Positions 17,415 to 26,308 of a stretch of 31,821 nt of DNA are shown in pieces. A program made the translations under genes and the position numbers. The DNA lies in IMG/VR virus record IMGVR_UViG_3300026484_000222, positions 1 to 31,821 of that record; one strand, written 5' to 3'. This stretch comes from a virus (Duplodnaviria; Caudoviricetes). Each line of letters begins with the position of its first letter. Position 1 is the first letter of the stretch. The notes beneath the pieces were generated by a model that worked only from the letters and a program-made list of their open reading frames with translations, had not been told where the DNA came from and made no database searches.

Positions 17415-18341
17415 ATGAAACTATCAATAGCTGAAGTAGCAGAAATATTAATGTTATCTGACGGTGGGATGTCAGATGAGGAACTGGCTGAAAGATTTGA
17501 TGTGCATAAAACAACAATAGCCAAATTAAGACAAGGGAAAATAAAGAAAGGGCTTGAAGCAAGAAAACTAATACAGGAAAGAGTAGAGGCAACAAAGTTA
17601 TGGGAGTTTAGCAGACTGCCTAGAACTGAAAGATTGTTTTATTTTATATTGGATAAATATAAAAGAAAATATTTTGCGGAAAAACTAGATAGATTACTTG
17701 AAAAGTTTGAAAAGTTGTATCCTGTTAATAACCATTGGAAAACGCCAATAGATAAATTAGAAAGAGAAGCGAGAGAGGTAAGAGAGTTATTGCTTTTATA
17801 TAAAGATGCAATTATTAAATACGGGTTTGTTTCAAAATCCACAGTAGAAGAATATATAAACATTCTCACGCTGGAGCCGAATGAGCAAACAGACGCAATA
17901 GAGAGGGCATTGTACAATTTAGCATATGCTATTAGCGAATTGTATAAAGTAAACAAAGATGTGATTTTTGGGCTTAAGGAATTCTGTGGGAGTTCCAGTG
18001 CGTGCGAAAACGCCATAGGTGTGGTAGAAGAGTTTACAAGGTTCCTTCAGGGGGAAGAAAAATATCTAGGCATTAAAGGAGAAAAATTCATAAATAAGGC
18101 ACATATAAACGTATATGAAGTCCTGAGAAATGGAAGAATAGTTGCTTCTAATAAAGAAAGATTCTTTTACTATATTAATGAAAGAATCGAGGGGGTAAAA
18201 GAAAGATACGCATGGGCAACTAGGGATAAATCTATGAATAGGTTTTATACCATTGAGAAAATAAGTGAAAAATATCGAGAGGTAGTTAAAAAGTTAGAAC
18301 GAATATATGAAAACTTAGAAGATGCACTTAATAAAAAATAA
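17415..18341 (+). CDS. Protein with N-terminal HTH
   Basis: SDEELAERFDVHKTTIAKLRQG HTH; AAGGAG RBS. Confidence 0.8.
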   Translation: MKLSIAEVAEILMLSDGGMSDEELAERFDVHKTTIAKLRQGKIKKGLEARKLIQERVEATKLWEFSRLPRTERLFYFILDKYKRKYFAEKLDRLLEKFEKLYPVNNHWKTPIDKLEREAREVRELLLLYKDAIIKYGFVSKSTVEEYINILTLEPNEQTDAIERALYNLAYAISELYKVNKDVIFGLKEFCGSSSACENAIGVVEEFTRFLQGEEKYLGIKGEKFINKAHINVYEVLRNGRIVASNKERFFYYINERIEGVKERYAWATRDKSMNRFYTIEKISEKYREVVKKLERIYENLEDALNKK

Positions 18342-18358
18342 AATAGAACAAGGAAAAA

Positions 18359-18787
18359 ATGAAAGAAATTAAGTTTAGGGTTTGGGATAAAAAAAGAAAG
18401 AGAATGCTGACAAACGGCATTTGTGTAGGTTTTGGTATAAATGGGCAGTATGTATTGGATGCCGATGACAGAAACTGGGAGGGAGATATAACTTGGATAT
18501 ATGAAAAAAATATAACTAACAATCTTTCCCCAGATGATTTTGTAATTATGCAATATACAGGTCTTAAAGATAGAGACGGATGTGAAATTTATGAGGGAGA
18601 CCTGGTTGAGCTCATTACCTTAGAGGGGGTGTACGAAATTGTATACAACGAATACTATGCAAGATTTGTCTGTAGAAACATAAAAGATGATGGAGGAGGT
18701 TCTCTATTTGAAGGAGTGGTTAAAAGGGTGATAGGTAATATATATGAAACAAAAGATGCAATTAACAAACAAAAGGAGGACAAATGA
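18359..18787 (+). CDS. YopX family protein
   Basis: EIKFRVWDK...MQYTGLKDRDGCEIYEGDLV...VIGNIYE. Confidence 0.95.
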   Translation: MKEIKFRVWDKKRKRMLTNGICVGFGINGQYVLDADDRNWEGDITWIYEKNITNNLSPDDFVIMQYTGLKDRDGCEIYEGDLVELITLEGVYEIVYNEYYARFVCRNIKDDGGGSLFEGVVKRVIGNIYETKDAINKQKEDK

Positions 18788-19395
18788 AAGTAAAAAGTAT
18801 TAAAGAACTAACATACAGAGGATTCAAACCTACATACAATCCAAATGAGCTTGTAAAGTGGATAGATGAAATTGAAGAAGGGTTGAGAAATAAAGATGAA
18901 TTTTTTATGGAAAAAGCAGATATGTGGAGAAAAGAAGCTGACAATATGAAAGAAAGGTTGAAAAAAATTAGAGAGCATGAGTATTACACTCTTTTTTATG
19001 CTACCTACTTTCACGAATCAAGGTTAGTAGACCATGCTCCAGAGCACATCAGAGAAAACGCTGTGATTCATCCTAGAAGAAAATGGGGTGTTTTAGCAAA
19101 GAATACTCCGTTCCATTTCTGTGACGGAATGTATACACGTGCTGGGAAATCGTATCCGTATATTCGCAACTCAGAGTATACGGAAATATATGAAAGCAGA
19201 AAAGAGCAAATAGCTGCTATATATAAGTTCTTGCTTGAAAAAAGCGTTATAAGCACAGATGATTTTGAAGTGGAAGAAAAAGACAATGTAATACTGTTGT
19301 TCCCAAAAGATAAAAAAGGGTTGTTTATCGGTAAAAAAGGTGCAAATGTAAAATTTGTTGGAGATGTTATAGGAAAAAGAATTGTTGTAAAATAA
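18784..19395 (+). CDS. Protein with C-terminal NusA-type KH domain
   Basis: KGLFIGKKGANVKFVGDVIGKRIVV (GxxG loop). Confidence 0.8.
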   Translation: MKVKSIKELTYRGFKPTYNPNELVKWIDEIEEGLRNKDEFFMEKADMWRKEADNMKERLKKIREHEYYTLFYATYFHESRLVDHAPEHIRENAVIHPRRKWGVLAKNTPFHFCDGMYTRAGKSYPYIRNSEYTEIYESRKEQIAAIYKFLLEKSVISTDDFEVEEKDNVILLFPKDKKGLFIGKKGANVKFVGDVIGKRIVVK

Positions 19396-19405
19396 AGGAG
19401 AGTAA

Positions 19406-19816
19406 ATGAATGCAATGGAGAAATTAACACAAGAAGGGATAGGGTTTGAAGTTAGGTATATTAAAAACAATAAATATGATGTTTTTTCAGGAGGAACAAA
19501 ACAGGAAAAGAAACTTGCAGTGCCTATTCGTTTTGTTAACCCTGACGGGAAAGCCTGGGCAAAATTAAAATTCCTAAAAAGAGATGAACCCCACGTAAAC
19601 GAAGGCAAATGGAGAATTTATTTTGTTAATGGAGACCGTTCTATGTTATTTTGGGATAAAAAAGATTCTTTTCTGGGAGATACTTTAGAAGAGGCCTGCG
19701 AAAAGGCTTACGATTACTACATTAAACATATAAAACCAAAATATGACAGGTATGAAGTTGTTTTGAAAGAAGAAGTTAAATACACGGAAGACAATCCTGC
19801 TGTTGTTCAACTGTAA
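19406..19816 (+). CDS. Hypothetical protein
   Basis: AAGGAG RBS. Confidence 0.75.
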   Translation: MNAMEKLTQEGIGFEVRYIKNNKYDVFSGGTKQEKKLAVPIRFVNPDGKAWAKLKFLKRDEPHVNEGKWRIYFVNGDRSMLFWDKKDSFLGDTLEEACEKAYDYYIKHIKPKYDRYEVVLKEEVKYTEDNPAVVQL

Positions 19817-19849
19817 TGGTTAGCTAAAATAAATTTAAAGGAAAAAGCA

Positions 19850-20482
19850 ATGAGATTTGATATACCGGCAACAAAAAAATGTATTTGTGGAGCAGAGGTA
19901 GAATTTGGTTCTGATGACTATTATGTATATTGTCCAAAGTGTGGGGAAAGACATAGTAAAATACATACAATCATTGGTCAAACAATAGGCAATGATTATC
20001 ATACTGTAGATAACCATATAAGACTTCATTCTAAAAGTAAAGTGATTAACAAAGACTTTTATGTAATATCTAGAAAGATATTAAAAGATAAACTCGGGAG
20101 AACATGGTTTGATTATTCAAAAGTTACACTCACGGATATGCTGGGCAGCGATGCATTTGATGAATATTATCTTGAATATAAATATCATAGTGCTACTATA
20201 GGCTACGATAAAAAAAATAAAAGATGTGAAATCCGCAGAAATATGGAACGTGAAACGTGGGATACGAATACACCTTTTTCTGCATATGACATATTTATTG
20301 ATGAAAAAGAATTTGACTATAAAATTAGAAGTATTGTAAGAAACGATACCGGTGTAATTTTAGGGAGAACAGTTCCCAAAGTTATATATGATACAGTTAA
20401 TGAGATAGTGGAAAACGCAACATTGAAAACTGTTCCAAATGCATTAAATGAAATTGAAGAAATCTTAAAGGAGCTAAAATGA
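19850..20482 (+). CDS. Protein with N-terminal zinc ribbon
   Basis: CICG-x12-CPKCG. Confidence 0.75.
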   Translation: MRFDIPATKKCICGAEVEFGSDDYYVYCPKCGERHSKIHTIIGQTIGNDYHTVDNHIRLHSKSKVINKDFYVISRKILKDKLGRTWFDYSKVTLTDMLGSDAFDEYYLEYKYHSATIGYDKKNKRCEIRRNMERETWDTNTPFSAYDIFIDEKEFDYKIRSIVRNDTGVILGRTVPKVIYDTVNEIVENATLKTVPNALNEIEEILKELK

Positions 20483-20733
20483 GTTTTGAAATGAATCCAA
20501 GTGGAAGATATGTAAAAATTATTCTTAGCAATGACGGATATGATTTTCTTAAAGGTTATGAGTTTGCGTCTACGGAAGAGGGCACAGGCATATTCTTTAC
20601 ACGTGAGCAGTTGGAAAAATATGCCAATCCCGAATATTATGATGATGACGATAAACCGAACGAAAGCTCCTTGTCTACAATACAACAGGTGCTTGAGAAA
20701 TATCTGGATGTCGATTTGTTTATATTTTATTAA
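20479..20733 (+). CDS. Small acidic hypothetical protein
   Basis: AGGGAG RBS, ATGA overlap. Confidence 0.75.
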   Translation: MSFEMNPSGRYVKIILSNDGYDFLKGYEFASTEEGTGIFFTREQLEKYANPEYYDDDDKPNESSLSTIQQVLEKYLDVDLFIFY

Positions 20734-20742
20734 GGAGGTTAT

Positions 20743-21672
20743 ATGAGGCATCCGATTTTTAAATACTTTAAGCAATATTTACATTTATTGCCTGAAGTAA
20801 AAAAACTCTTTGAAAATTATGACAATAAAGAGGTAATTGAGCAAATAAGAAAAAACCTATTGAAAAAAATTGAGGCTATAATAAGAAAAGATTTTCCTCC
20901 GGGAAGCGTAATGGGAGTAGAGGATGACGGATTACATATTTACGCAGCCTCAATGTTTTCAAAAATAGTAATAGCATATTTAATTATTGAAAATGGGTTG
21001 GTGTTTATTGACGCAACAGCAGACGACTGGAAAAGTGAGTTTTCCGAAAAGACAATTGGAAAATTAAATCCAGCCCAGATTAAACTTCCATTTTCGGTTG
21101 GGTTGTTAAGAATAAAGCATGAAGAAGTGCTGGATGTATTGTTTTTATCAGACAATGATAGAATAACGTTAAAAATATTAGGACTTCCGCAAGAATACAA
21201 TAACCCTAATTTGGAAGAAGTAATCAAAAAACACTTTACGGAAGTGCAGATTGACGTAAAACATAACACTGTAGAAGAATCTTTAAATGATTCTAAACTT
21301 AATGACTATCAAAAAACAGAGGTATATCAAATTCTTTCCGCTTTTATGTATATTACTATGGCGAGGGAATCGGAAGAATATAAGAAAACTGTGACAAAAA
21401 AGATTGTTAAAGGAACGCCTTCCAGAAAAAATAATATTCCTAAGCATACAATGAACTATGTAAAGGTAACTCAGAAAAAAGCCCCTTCTGTAAATTCTAC
21501 CGGAGATGTTGTTACTCATAGAGAATCAACTTGGCTGGTAAGGGGGCATTGGAGAAATCAATGGTATGCAAAAGAAGGCGTTAATAAGCCAAAGTGGATA
21601 GATGCACATTGGAGAGGCAAAGGTAAAAAAGTTATTGAAAAAATATATAAGCTTTCAAAGGAGACAGTATGA
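20743..21672 (+). CDS. Phage protein with C-terminal VRGHWR motif
   Basis: WLVRGHWRNQWY...KWIDAHWRG; AAGGAGG RBS. Confidence 0.85.
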   Translation: MRHPIFKYFKQYLHLLPEVKKLFENYDNKEVIEQIRKNLLKKIEAIIRKDFPPGSVMGVEDDGLHIYAASMFSKIVIAYLIIENGLVFIDATADDWKSEFSEKTIGKLNPAQIKLPFSVGLLRIKHEEVLDVLFLSDNDRITLKILGLPQEYNNPNLEEVIKKHFTEVQIDVKHNTVEESLNDSKLNDYQKTEVYQILSAFMYITMARESEEYKKTVTKKIVKGTPSRKNNIPKHTMNYVKVTQKKAPSVNSTGDVVTHRESTWLVRGHWRNQWYAKEGVNKPKWIDAHWRGKGKKVIEKIYKLSKETV

Positions 21673-22202
21673 GATTAAAAAGTCTGACAGTGATGGGTTA
21701 TATAGCCGAAAAGGCTAGGTGGGCGTGTCATAAACGCAACGATGAAGCATATAAAGATGTAAAAGGTGCGGGCGGATTTTATGACCTTGCTTTACAGATT
21801 CTTGGAGACTGGGACAGGTATGAAGACTTGGTTGAAAAGATGATGAAAGTGTTAATCGACAGGTTTGAGGTAAAAGGAAAAGCGGTTGATATTGATGTCT
21901 TAATAAGAGAAATGATTGAAGTTCGAATAGAGTTGCTACATAGAATAAATAGCGACCTGAAAGCAAAAGGTAAAGCTTTGGTTGTAGAAACTGAATATTC
22001 GACAGCGGATGTAGAATATAAAAGCCTTTATGTCGATGAGGGGAATGATTATTATTTTGCCGATGAGCTTGATTCATATGTTGTTGAGTTATATGAAAAA
22101 AGCGAAAAAGAGGCAACACCTATCGATGAGCTTTCCGATGAAGATATATTTGAGGTTGCAATGAATGTAGACCTTAAAAATATGTGTGTTGAAATAGGGT
22201 GA
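21669..22202 (+). CDS. Hypothetical protein
   Basis: AAGGAG RBS, ATGA overlap. Confidence 0.8.
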   Translation: MRLKSLTVMGYIAEKARWACHKRNDEAYKDVKGAGGFYDLALQILGDWDRYEDLVEKMMKVLIDRFEVKGKAVDIDVLIREMIEVRIELLHRINSDLKAKGKALVVETEYSTADVEYKSLYVDEGNDYYFADELDSYVVELYEKSEKEATPIDELSDEDIFEVAMNVDLKNMCVEIG

Positions 22203-22261
22203 AAGACTATAAAAACAAAACAATTCAAAAATACAACAAAATTCAATATTAAGGAATAAAA

Positions 22262-22672
22262 ATGGATAATAAATATTTTGATTTTCTATGCGAAGCATTT
22301 GGCGGTAATTCTTCAGCTTGGGAACATTTGTTTGACAAAATGGAGGATTTTGAGCTTGAACCTCATCAAATAGTAGAATATACAAGAGAGTGGGCGTCAG
22401 AGCCGATAGAGTTTAATGATTTTATGTTTAGCTGTTTGAAACTCGGCGCTCAAAAGATGAAAAACGTTCTAATTGACTACGCTAAAGATAACTATGATAA
22501 TTCAGATGAAATAATTAGGGCAATAAAAAATTATGAAGTGCCAATCTGTTGCGACTATCAGGATTCTTATTATGATGATGATGTGTTTAACCAATTTTCA
22601 TATAAAGGACTTGAAGATGAAAACAATCAAAAAGAAATGCTTGAGATGTTGTTAGATAAAATGCGGGAATAA
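22262..22672 (+). CDS. Hypothetical acidic protein
   Basis: AAGGA RBS. Confidence 0.8.
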   Translation: MDNKYFDFLCEAFGGNSSAWEHLFDKMEDFELEPHQIVEYTREWASEPIEFNDFMFSCLKLGAQKMKNVLIDYAKDNYDNSDEIIRAIKNYEVPICCDYQDSYYDDDVFNQFSYKGLEDENNQKEMLEMLLDKMRE

Positions 22673-22690
22673 AAAGGGCGAATCCCTTTT
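22672..22690. terminator. Small, possibly bidirectional terminator hairpin
   Basis: AAAAGGG-cgaat-CCCTTTT right after the stop codon. Confidence 0.55.
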
Positions 22691-22715
22691 AAATAAGTGT
22701 AAAATATATTATAAT
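22687..22715 (+). promoter_or_regulatory. Probable sigma70 promoter
   Basis: TATAAT at 22710-22715 between a terminator and an RBS. Confidence 0.5.
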
Positions 22716-22741
22716 GCGAAAGATATGGGAAAGGAAACAAA

Positions 22742-23395
22742 ATGGCTTATTTTGATGGAATAAAAACGGGAGACAGAGTTTGGGATTTTGAATTTGGGTG
22801 GGGTACTGTTATAGAGTTATTAAAAGCCTCTGATGTAGATAACTGGAATGTTACTCCTGAAAAAGATTTTGATTTAATGGAAGTCGAATTTAACGATACT
22901 TATAGCGGTTATGGTTATTATGATTTAAACGGTGTGGCTTTCTATTCAAAAGGCAATCAAACATTGTTCTGGGACGAAATTAAATTTGAAGTCCCTAAAA
23001 GACCTTATGTTAAGCTTAAAGAAGATAATTTTCTCATTCAACTTTATTCTAACAAAATAGAAAAGTTAGACAAGCCGGTTGAATTAGATTATTTGAAAGC
23101 TAATGGATTAACAAGGGACGATGAGGAAACAGCCAAAAAGGCGCTAATGCAAATAAAAAGATTTATAAGACTTTTAGCTCTAAGGGACCAGGAATGCCCT
23201 GATAGTAGAGGTTTTGAGTTTGAGCGGAGTAGAGAGCGGAAATGGAGAGTTGCGTTTGATATTGTTGATAAGAAATATTACGCTACAGGGGATGCGGTGG
23301 GGCGAACATTTGATGTCTATTTTAGAACAGAAGATGACGTTGAAAGAGTTTGCGACATCCTAAATTCAGGAAAATTTGATTTGGAAGGAGAATGA
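22742..23395 (+). CDS. Hypothetical phage protein (N-terminal KOW/SH3-like GDRV...GWGTV)
   Basis: AAGGA RBS, 217-aa ORF. Confidence 0.8.
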   Translation: MAYFDGIKTGDRVWDFEFGWGTVIELLKASDVDNWNVTPEKDFDLMEVEFNDTYSGYGYYDLNGVAFYSKGNQTLFWDEIKFEVPKRPYVKLKEDNFLIQLYSNKIEKLDKPVELDYLKANGLTRDDEETAKKALMQIKRFIRLLALRDQECPDSRGFEFERSRERKWRVAFDIVDKKYYATGDAVGRTFDVYFRTEDDVERVCDILNSGKFDLEGE

Positions 23396-23396
23396 A

Positions 23397-23621
23397 ATGA
23401 AAATAGAGACAAAATTGGATATAAATGCAGAATGTTATGTGATTTATAGGGACAAAATTCGTAAGACCAAAGTTCTTAACATAGTTGCTGATATAAATTG
23501 GGATGGAAGAATACAGATAACTTATTGGGTTAAAGATGTTGGACAAGTTCCAGAAAAAAAAGTTTTTGCAACAAAAAAGGAAATTTTAAAATTTTTAGAA
23601 GAAACAATAGAGGAGGTGTAA
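23397..23621 (+). CDS. Small hypothetical protein (MKIETK type)
   Basis: AAGGAG RBS, ATG 23397. Confidence 0.75.
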   Translation: MKIETKLDINAECYVIYRDKIRKTKVLNIVADINWDGRIQITYWVKDVGQVPEKKVFATKKEILKFLEETIEEV

Positions 23622-23622
23622 A

Positions 23623-23949
23623 ATGATATTTGAAGTAAAGTTTGATAAAGAAGGCCTAGAGTATGAATATATTGAAATATACAGAGATGATGAAGACTTC
23701 GATGAAGAAGAGAAAATTAATGAAATGTGGGCAGGTATAGAAGGGCTTTTTGATGATGTTGAAGAGTTTGTTAGAAAATACACAGGAAGAGAAGGGATGG
23801 CCTATAATGCTATAGGTTCTGCTGACGGGGTAGATGTGCATGATTTAACAGAAGAGGAATGTGAAACACTGTTAAAGCACAAGGAAGAGTTGCTCGGTGG
23901 ATTTATAGTAGATATACAATGTTTAAAAAAAACAAAGGGAGAAAAATGA
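23623..23949 (+). CDS. Very acidic hypothetical protein
   Basis: GGAGGT RBS; D/E-rich. Confidence 0.8.
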   Translation: MIFEVKFDKEGLEYEYIEIYRDDEDFDEEEKINEMWAGIEGLFDDVEEFVRKYTGREGMAYNAIGSADGVDVHDLTEEECETLLKHKEELLGGFIVDIQCLKKTKGEK

Positions 23950-24233
23950 CTAGAAAAGAAGCTAAAAAAGAATTTTGGAAAGAAGGCGGAGTTTTTGAAG
24001 AAATGTTTGAATATTGTTTTGATAAAATTTTAAAACTACCTTACAAGGGTAGTGTTGTGGATGCTTTTATAGACAAAATCTATGACGATTTAGAAAGTAG
24101 AGTTTGTAAAAACTGCTCTAAATATAAAGATGGAGAATGCAGGATATTCCAAGGTGCGAAATTCAAGTGCACATTAGATATTTTAAATAATAAAAATTTT
24201 GGTTGTAACAAATTTGAAAGGAGAATAAAATGA
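23946..24233 (+). CDS. Cys-rich hypothetical protein (CxxC...C...FGC)
   Basis: GGGAG RBS, ATGA overlap; DKIYDDLESRVCKNC. Confidence 0.75.
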   Translation: MTRKEAKKEFWKEGGVFEEMFEYCFDKILKLPYKGSVVDAFIDKIYDDLESRVCKNCSKYKDGECRIFQGAKFKCTLDILNNKNFGCNKFERRIK

Positions 24234-24349
24234 AAACAGAAAAAACTACAAAAAAAATTCAAATCAAAATCAAAAAAAGAATAGTAAAAGATGACACAAG
24301 AATTGGTGCGATGTATTGTTTTAAAAACTGCTCTGTAAATATTAATTAA
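24230..24349 (+). CDS. 39-aa basic peptide with C-terminal C-x3-C
   Basis: AAGGAG RBS, ATGA overlap; MKTEKTTKKIQIKIKKRIVKDDTRIGAMYCFKNCSVNIN. Confidence 0.55.
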   Translation: MKTEKTTKKIQIKIKKRIVKDDTRIGAMYCFKNCSVNIN

Positions 24350-24359
24350 AGGAGTGGCA

Positions 24360-24512
24360 ATGCAATATTCTATCCAAGATGTGAAAGAAGCTATTAAACA
24401 CATTGAAGAAGTATTAAAAGATAAGTGCACTAAGGAAGAATGCAAGAGAGACCATCTCTTGCTTAAGGCTATGTTGGAAGATTTATTAAGATTTTTGGAT
24501 AATAAAAAATGA
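24360..24512 (+). CDS. 50-aa phage protein (EAIKH...C-x-x-[DE]H-x-x-L type)
   Basis: AAGGAG RBS; MQYSIQDVKEAIKHIEEVLKDKCTKEECKRDHLLLKAMLEDLLRF. Confidence 0.7.
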   Translation: MQYSIQDVKEAIKHIEEVLKDKCTKEECKRDHLLLKAMLEDLLRFLDNKK

Positions 24513-24568
24513 AAATGAACCTAACATCTAGGTTAAATTAAGAATTAAACAATACTAAAGGAGTAAAA

Positions 24569-24910
24569 ATGAAAGCTAAAATTCTTTTTCTTATATTTTT
24601 ATCTTTAAATTTATGGAGCAAAGAATTATTTAAAATAGAAAAAAAATATTTTAAATATGAAAAAGTTACTAACTTTGAATGTAATGTCAGAAGTAAAACT
24701 GTATTTTATTTTAAAAGCACATCTTCTGGAAGAATCTCTACAGCAGAAGACTATGGTATGTCCTATAAATGTTTCCATAATCGTGTATATTTAATATCTA
24801 ATAGCACTTTTACAGCGACGCCAACTTTAGTCCCATGTAAATGTGAGAAAGATAGCATGTGGATTAAAGATGAAGGTACTCTGAAAATTGATAAAAAAGA
24901 AGAAAATTAA
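24569..24910 (+). CDS. Putative secreted Cys-containing protein
   Basis: MKAKILFLIFLSLNLWS signal-like N-terminus; 4 Cys; AAGGAG RBS. Confidence 0.75.
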   Translation: MKAKILFLIFLSLNLWSKELFKIEKKYFKYEKVTNFECNVRSKTVFYFKSTSSGRISTAEDYGMSYKCFHNRVYLISNSTFTATPTLVPCKCEKDSMWIKDEGTLKIDKKEEN

Positions 24911-24928
24911 TTAGATAGACTTGCGAAT

Positions 24929-24937
24929 TGGTATAAC
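24929..24937 (+). promoter_or_regulatory. Possible extended -10 promoter
   Basis: TG-G-TATAAC in the intergenic gap before an RBS. Confidence 0.4.
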
Positions 24938-24956
24938 AGATTTGAGAGGAGAGATA

Positions 24957-25190
24957 ATGAAACCATTTAAAATAAGCGGCAATAAAAACGGTGTTAATCT
25001 AAGCATACCGGATAAAATCTTAACTGAAGGCGGAGCGGAATATTTTGCAAGGGTTGTAGTCGGAAATGTAGAAGGGGATAAAGCTTTTGCTTTGCAGCAG
25101 TTGATAAAAATGTGTAAAAAACATAAAAGAAATCTAATTATAAACGAGGAGGTGAAATATGCCACATTGCATTCAGGTAGGAACGCCTGA
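24957..25190 (+). CDS. Hypothetical protein
   Basis: GAGGAG RBS, ATG 24957. Confidence 0.7.
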   Translation: MKPFKISGNKNGVNLSIPDKILTEGGAEYFARVVVGNVEGDKAFALQQLIKMCKKHKRNLIINEEVKYATLHSGRNA

Positions 25191-25506
25191 AAAATATGTC
25201 TGGTTTCCTATAGACAAATTAAGTGTTGAATTAAAGTTTGAATACAACGGAGAAGAGTATGTGGTAAGAATGAGAATTAACAACCGCTATCTAAGATGCC
25301 AGGATTACGGTCACAGCGTATTATTTGACAATTTAATTACTAAAGCCAATGTATATAAAGAAAACAAAAAAGTAGCTACCCTTACACTGAATATAAAACA
25401 TTGCTTTGATGTTGACTTGGATGAAGGGGATATCTTTTTTGATGAGGAAAGGTTTATTAAAGAAGTGAAAACAATGTATAAAGTTATAAGCAAGGAGGAC
25501 AAGTGA
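25159..25506 (+). CDS. Hypothetical protein
   Basis: GAGGAGGT RBS. Confidence 0.75.
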   Translation: MPHCIQVGTPEKYVWFPIDKLSVELKFEYNGEEYVVRMRINNRYLRCQDYGHSVLFDNLITKANVYKENKKVATLTLNIKHCFDVDLDEGDIFFDEERFIKEVKTMYKVISKEDK

Positions 25507-26297
25507 TTTCAAGAAAAGCATTAAAAAGACACTGGAAAGCAATGGAATGGTGGAAAGACCAGCCTGAAGGAACAAGGATTTGGTGCAAAATGCCAGATGG
25601 GTATTATCCTTATTATATGTCGAAATGGCATTTACAAAGCGACCCGTTGTGGAGTTCGGATGCCGAATATGTAATTAATGATGAGTTTGCAGAATTAAGA
25701 AAGGCTATTGCCGATAAAAAGAAAATAGAGGTATACAATGAAGATAAATGGCAGCCTATTGAAATGGTATTCTCTGCAGTTCCTACAGACCCTAATACAA
25801 CTTTTTTTGAAGACCTTTCAAAACACGGATGGAATGTTAGCAATTTTAGGGTTAAAAAAGAAAAGGGAAGAGAAATTAAAAAAAATGATTTTATGATTGT
25901 TGAATTCTTGTCTGAAGATACGTTTAAAGTATTATTTATATTTGATAAGGAAAAAGCAAAAAAAGAATACAATAAAACATTTACCCTGGGTGAATCCTAT
26001 GAAATAGGCAATGAAGTAACTCTTTCCGATGCAAGAAAGAAATATAAATGGGAAGATGTCCCGTATAATGAAAAAAATAAATTATGGGATGGACAGCCTG
26101 TATTTATCTGTGGCAACAATATTCCGTTTTCAAGAACTGTCAGGTTTTACGATGCAGTAGATAACAGTTTCTTTTATGATGATGCAGGGGAGAGGAATGT
26201 TACTCCAAATCTAATTGATAATGAGTACAGTTGGGAGCCGTATCCACACCTGGATGATGAATGGGTTATCAAAGCATATAGACGACTTAAATTTTAA
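25503..26297 (+). CDS. Hypothetical Trp-rich protein (GTG start)
   Basis: AGGAGG RBS, GTGA overlap. Confidence 0.8.
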   Translation: MISRKALKRHWKAMEWWKDQPEGTRIWCKMPDGYYPYYMSKWHLQSDPLWSSDAEYVINDEFAELRKAIADKKKIEVYNEDKWQPIEMVFSAVPTDPNTTFFEDLSKHGWNVSNFRVKKEKGREIKKNDFMIVEFLSEDTFKVLFIFDKEKAKKEYNKTFTLGESYEIGNEVTLSDARKKYKWEDVPYNEKNKLWDGQPVFICGNNIPFSRTVRFYDAVDNSFFYDDAGERNVTPNLIDNEYSWEPYPHLDDEWVIKAYRRLKF

Positions 26298-26308
26298 AGG
26301 AGTGAAAA

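Noticed and set aside
22199-22252. 17-codon GTG ORF with an AACAAAA..ATTCAA repeat
   Set aside because: Weak RBS and low complexity; more likely an A-rich spacer.
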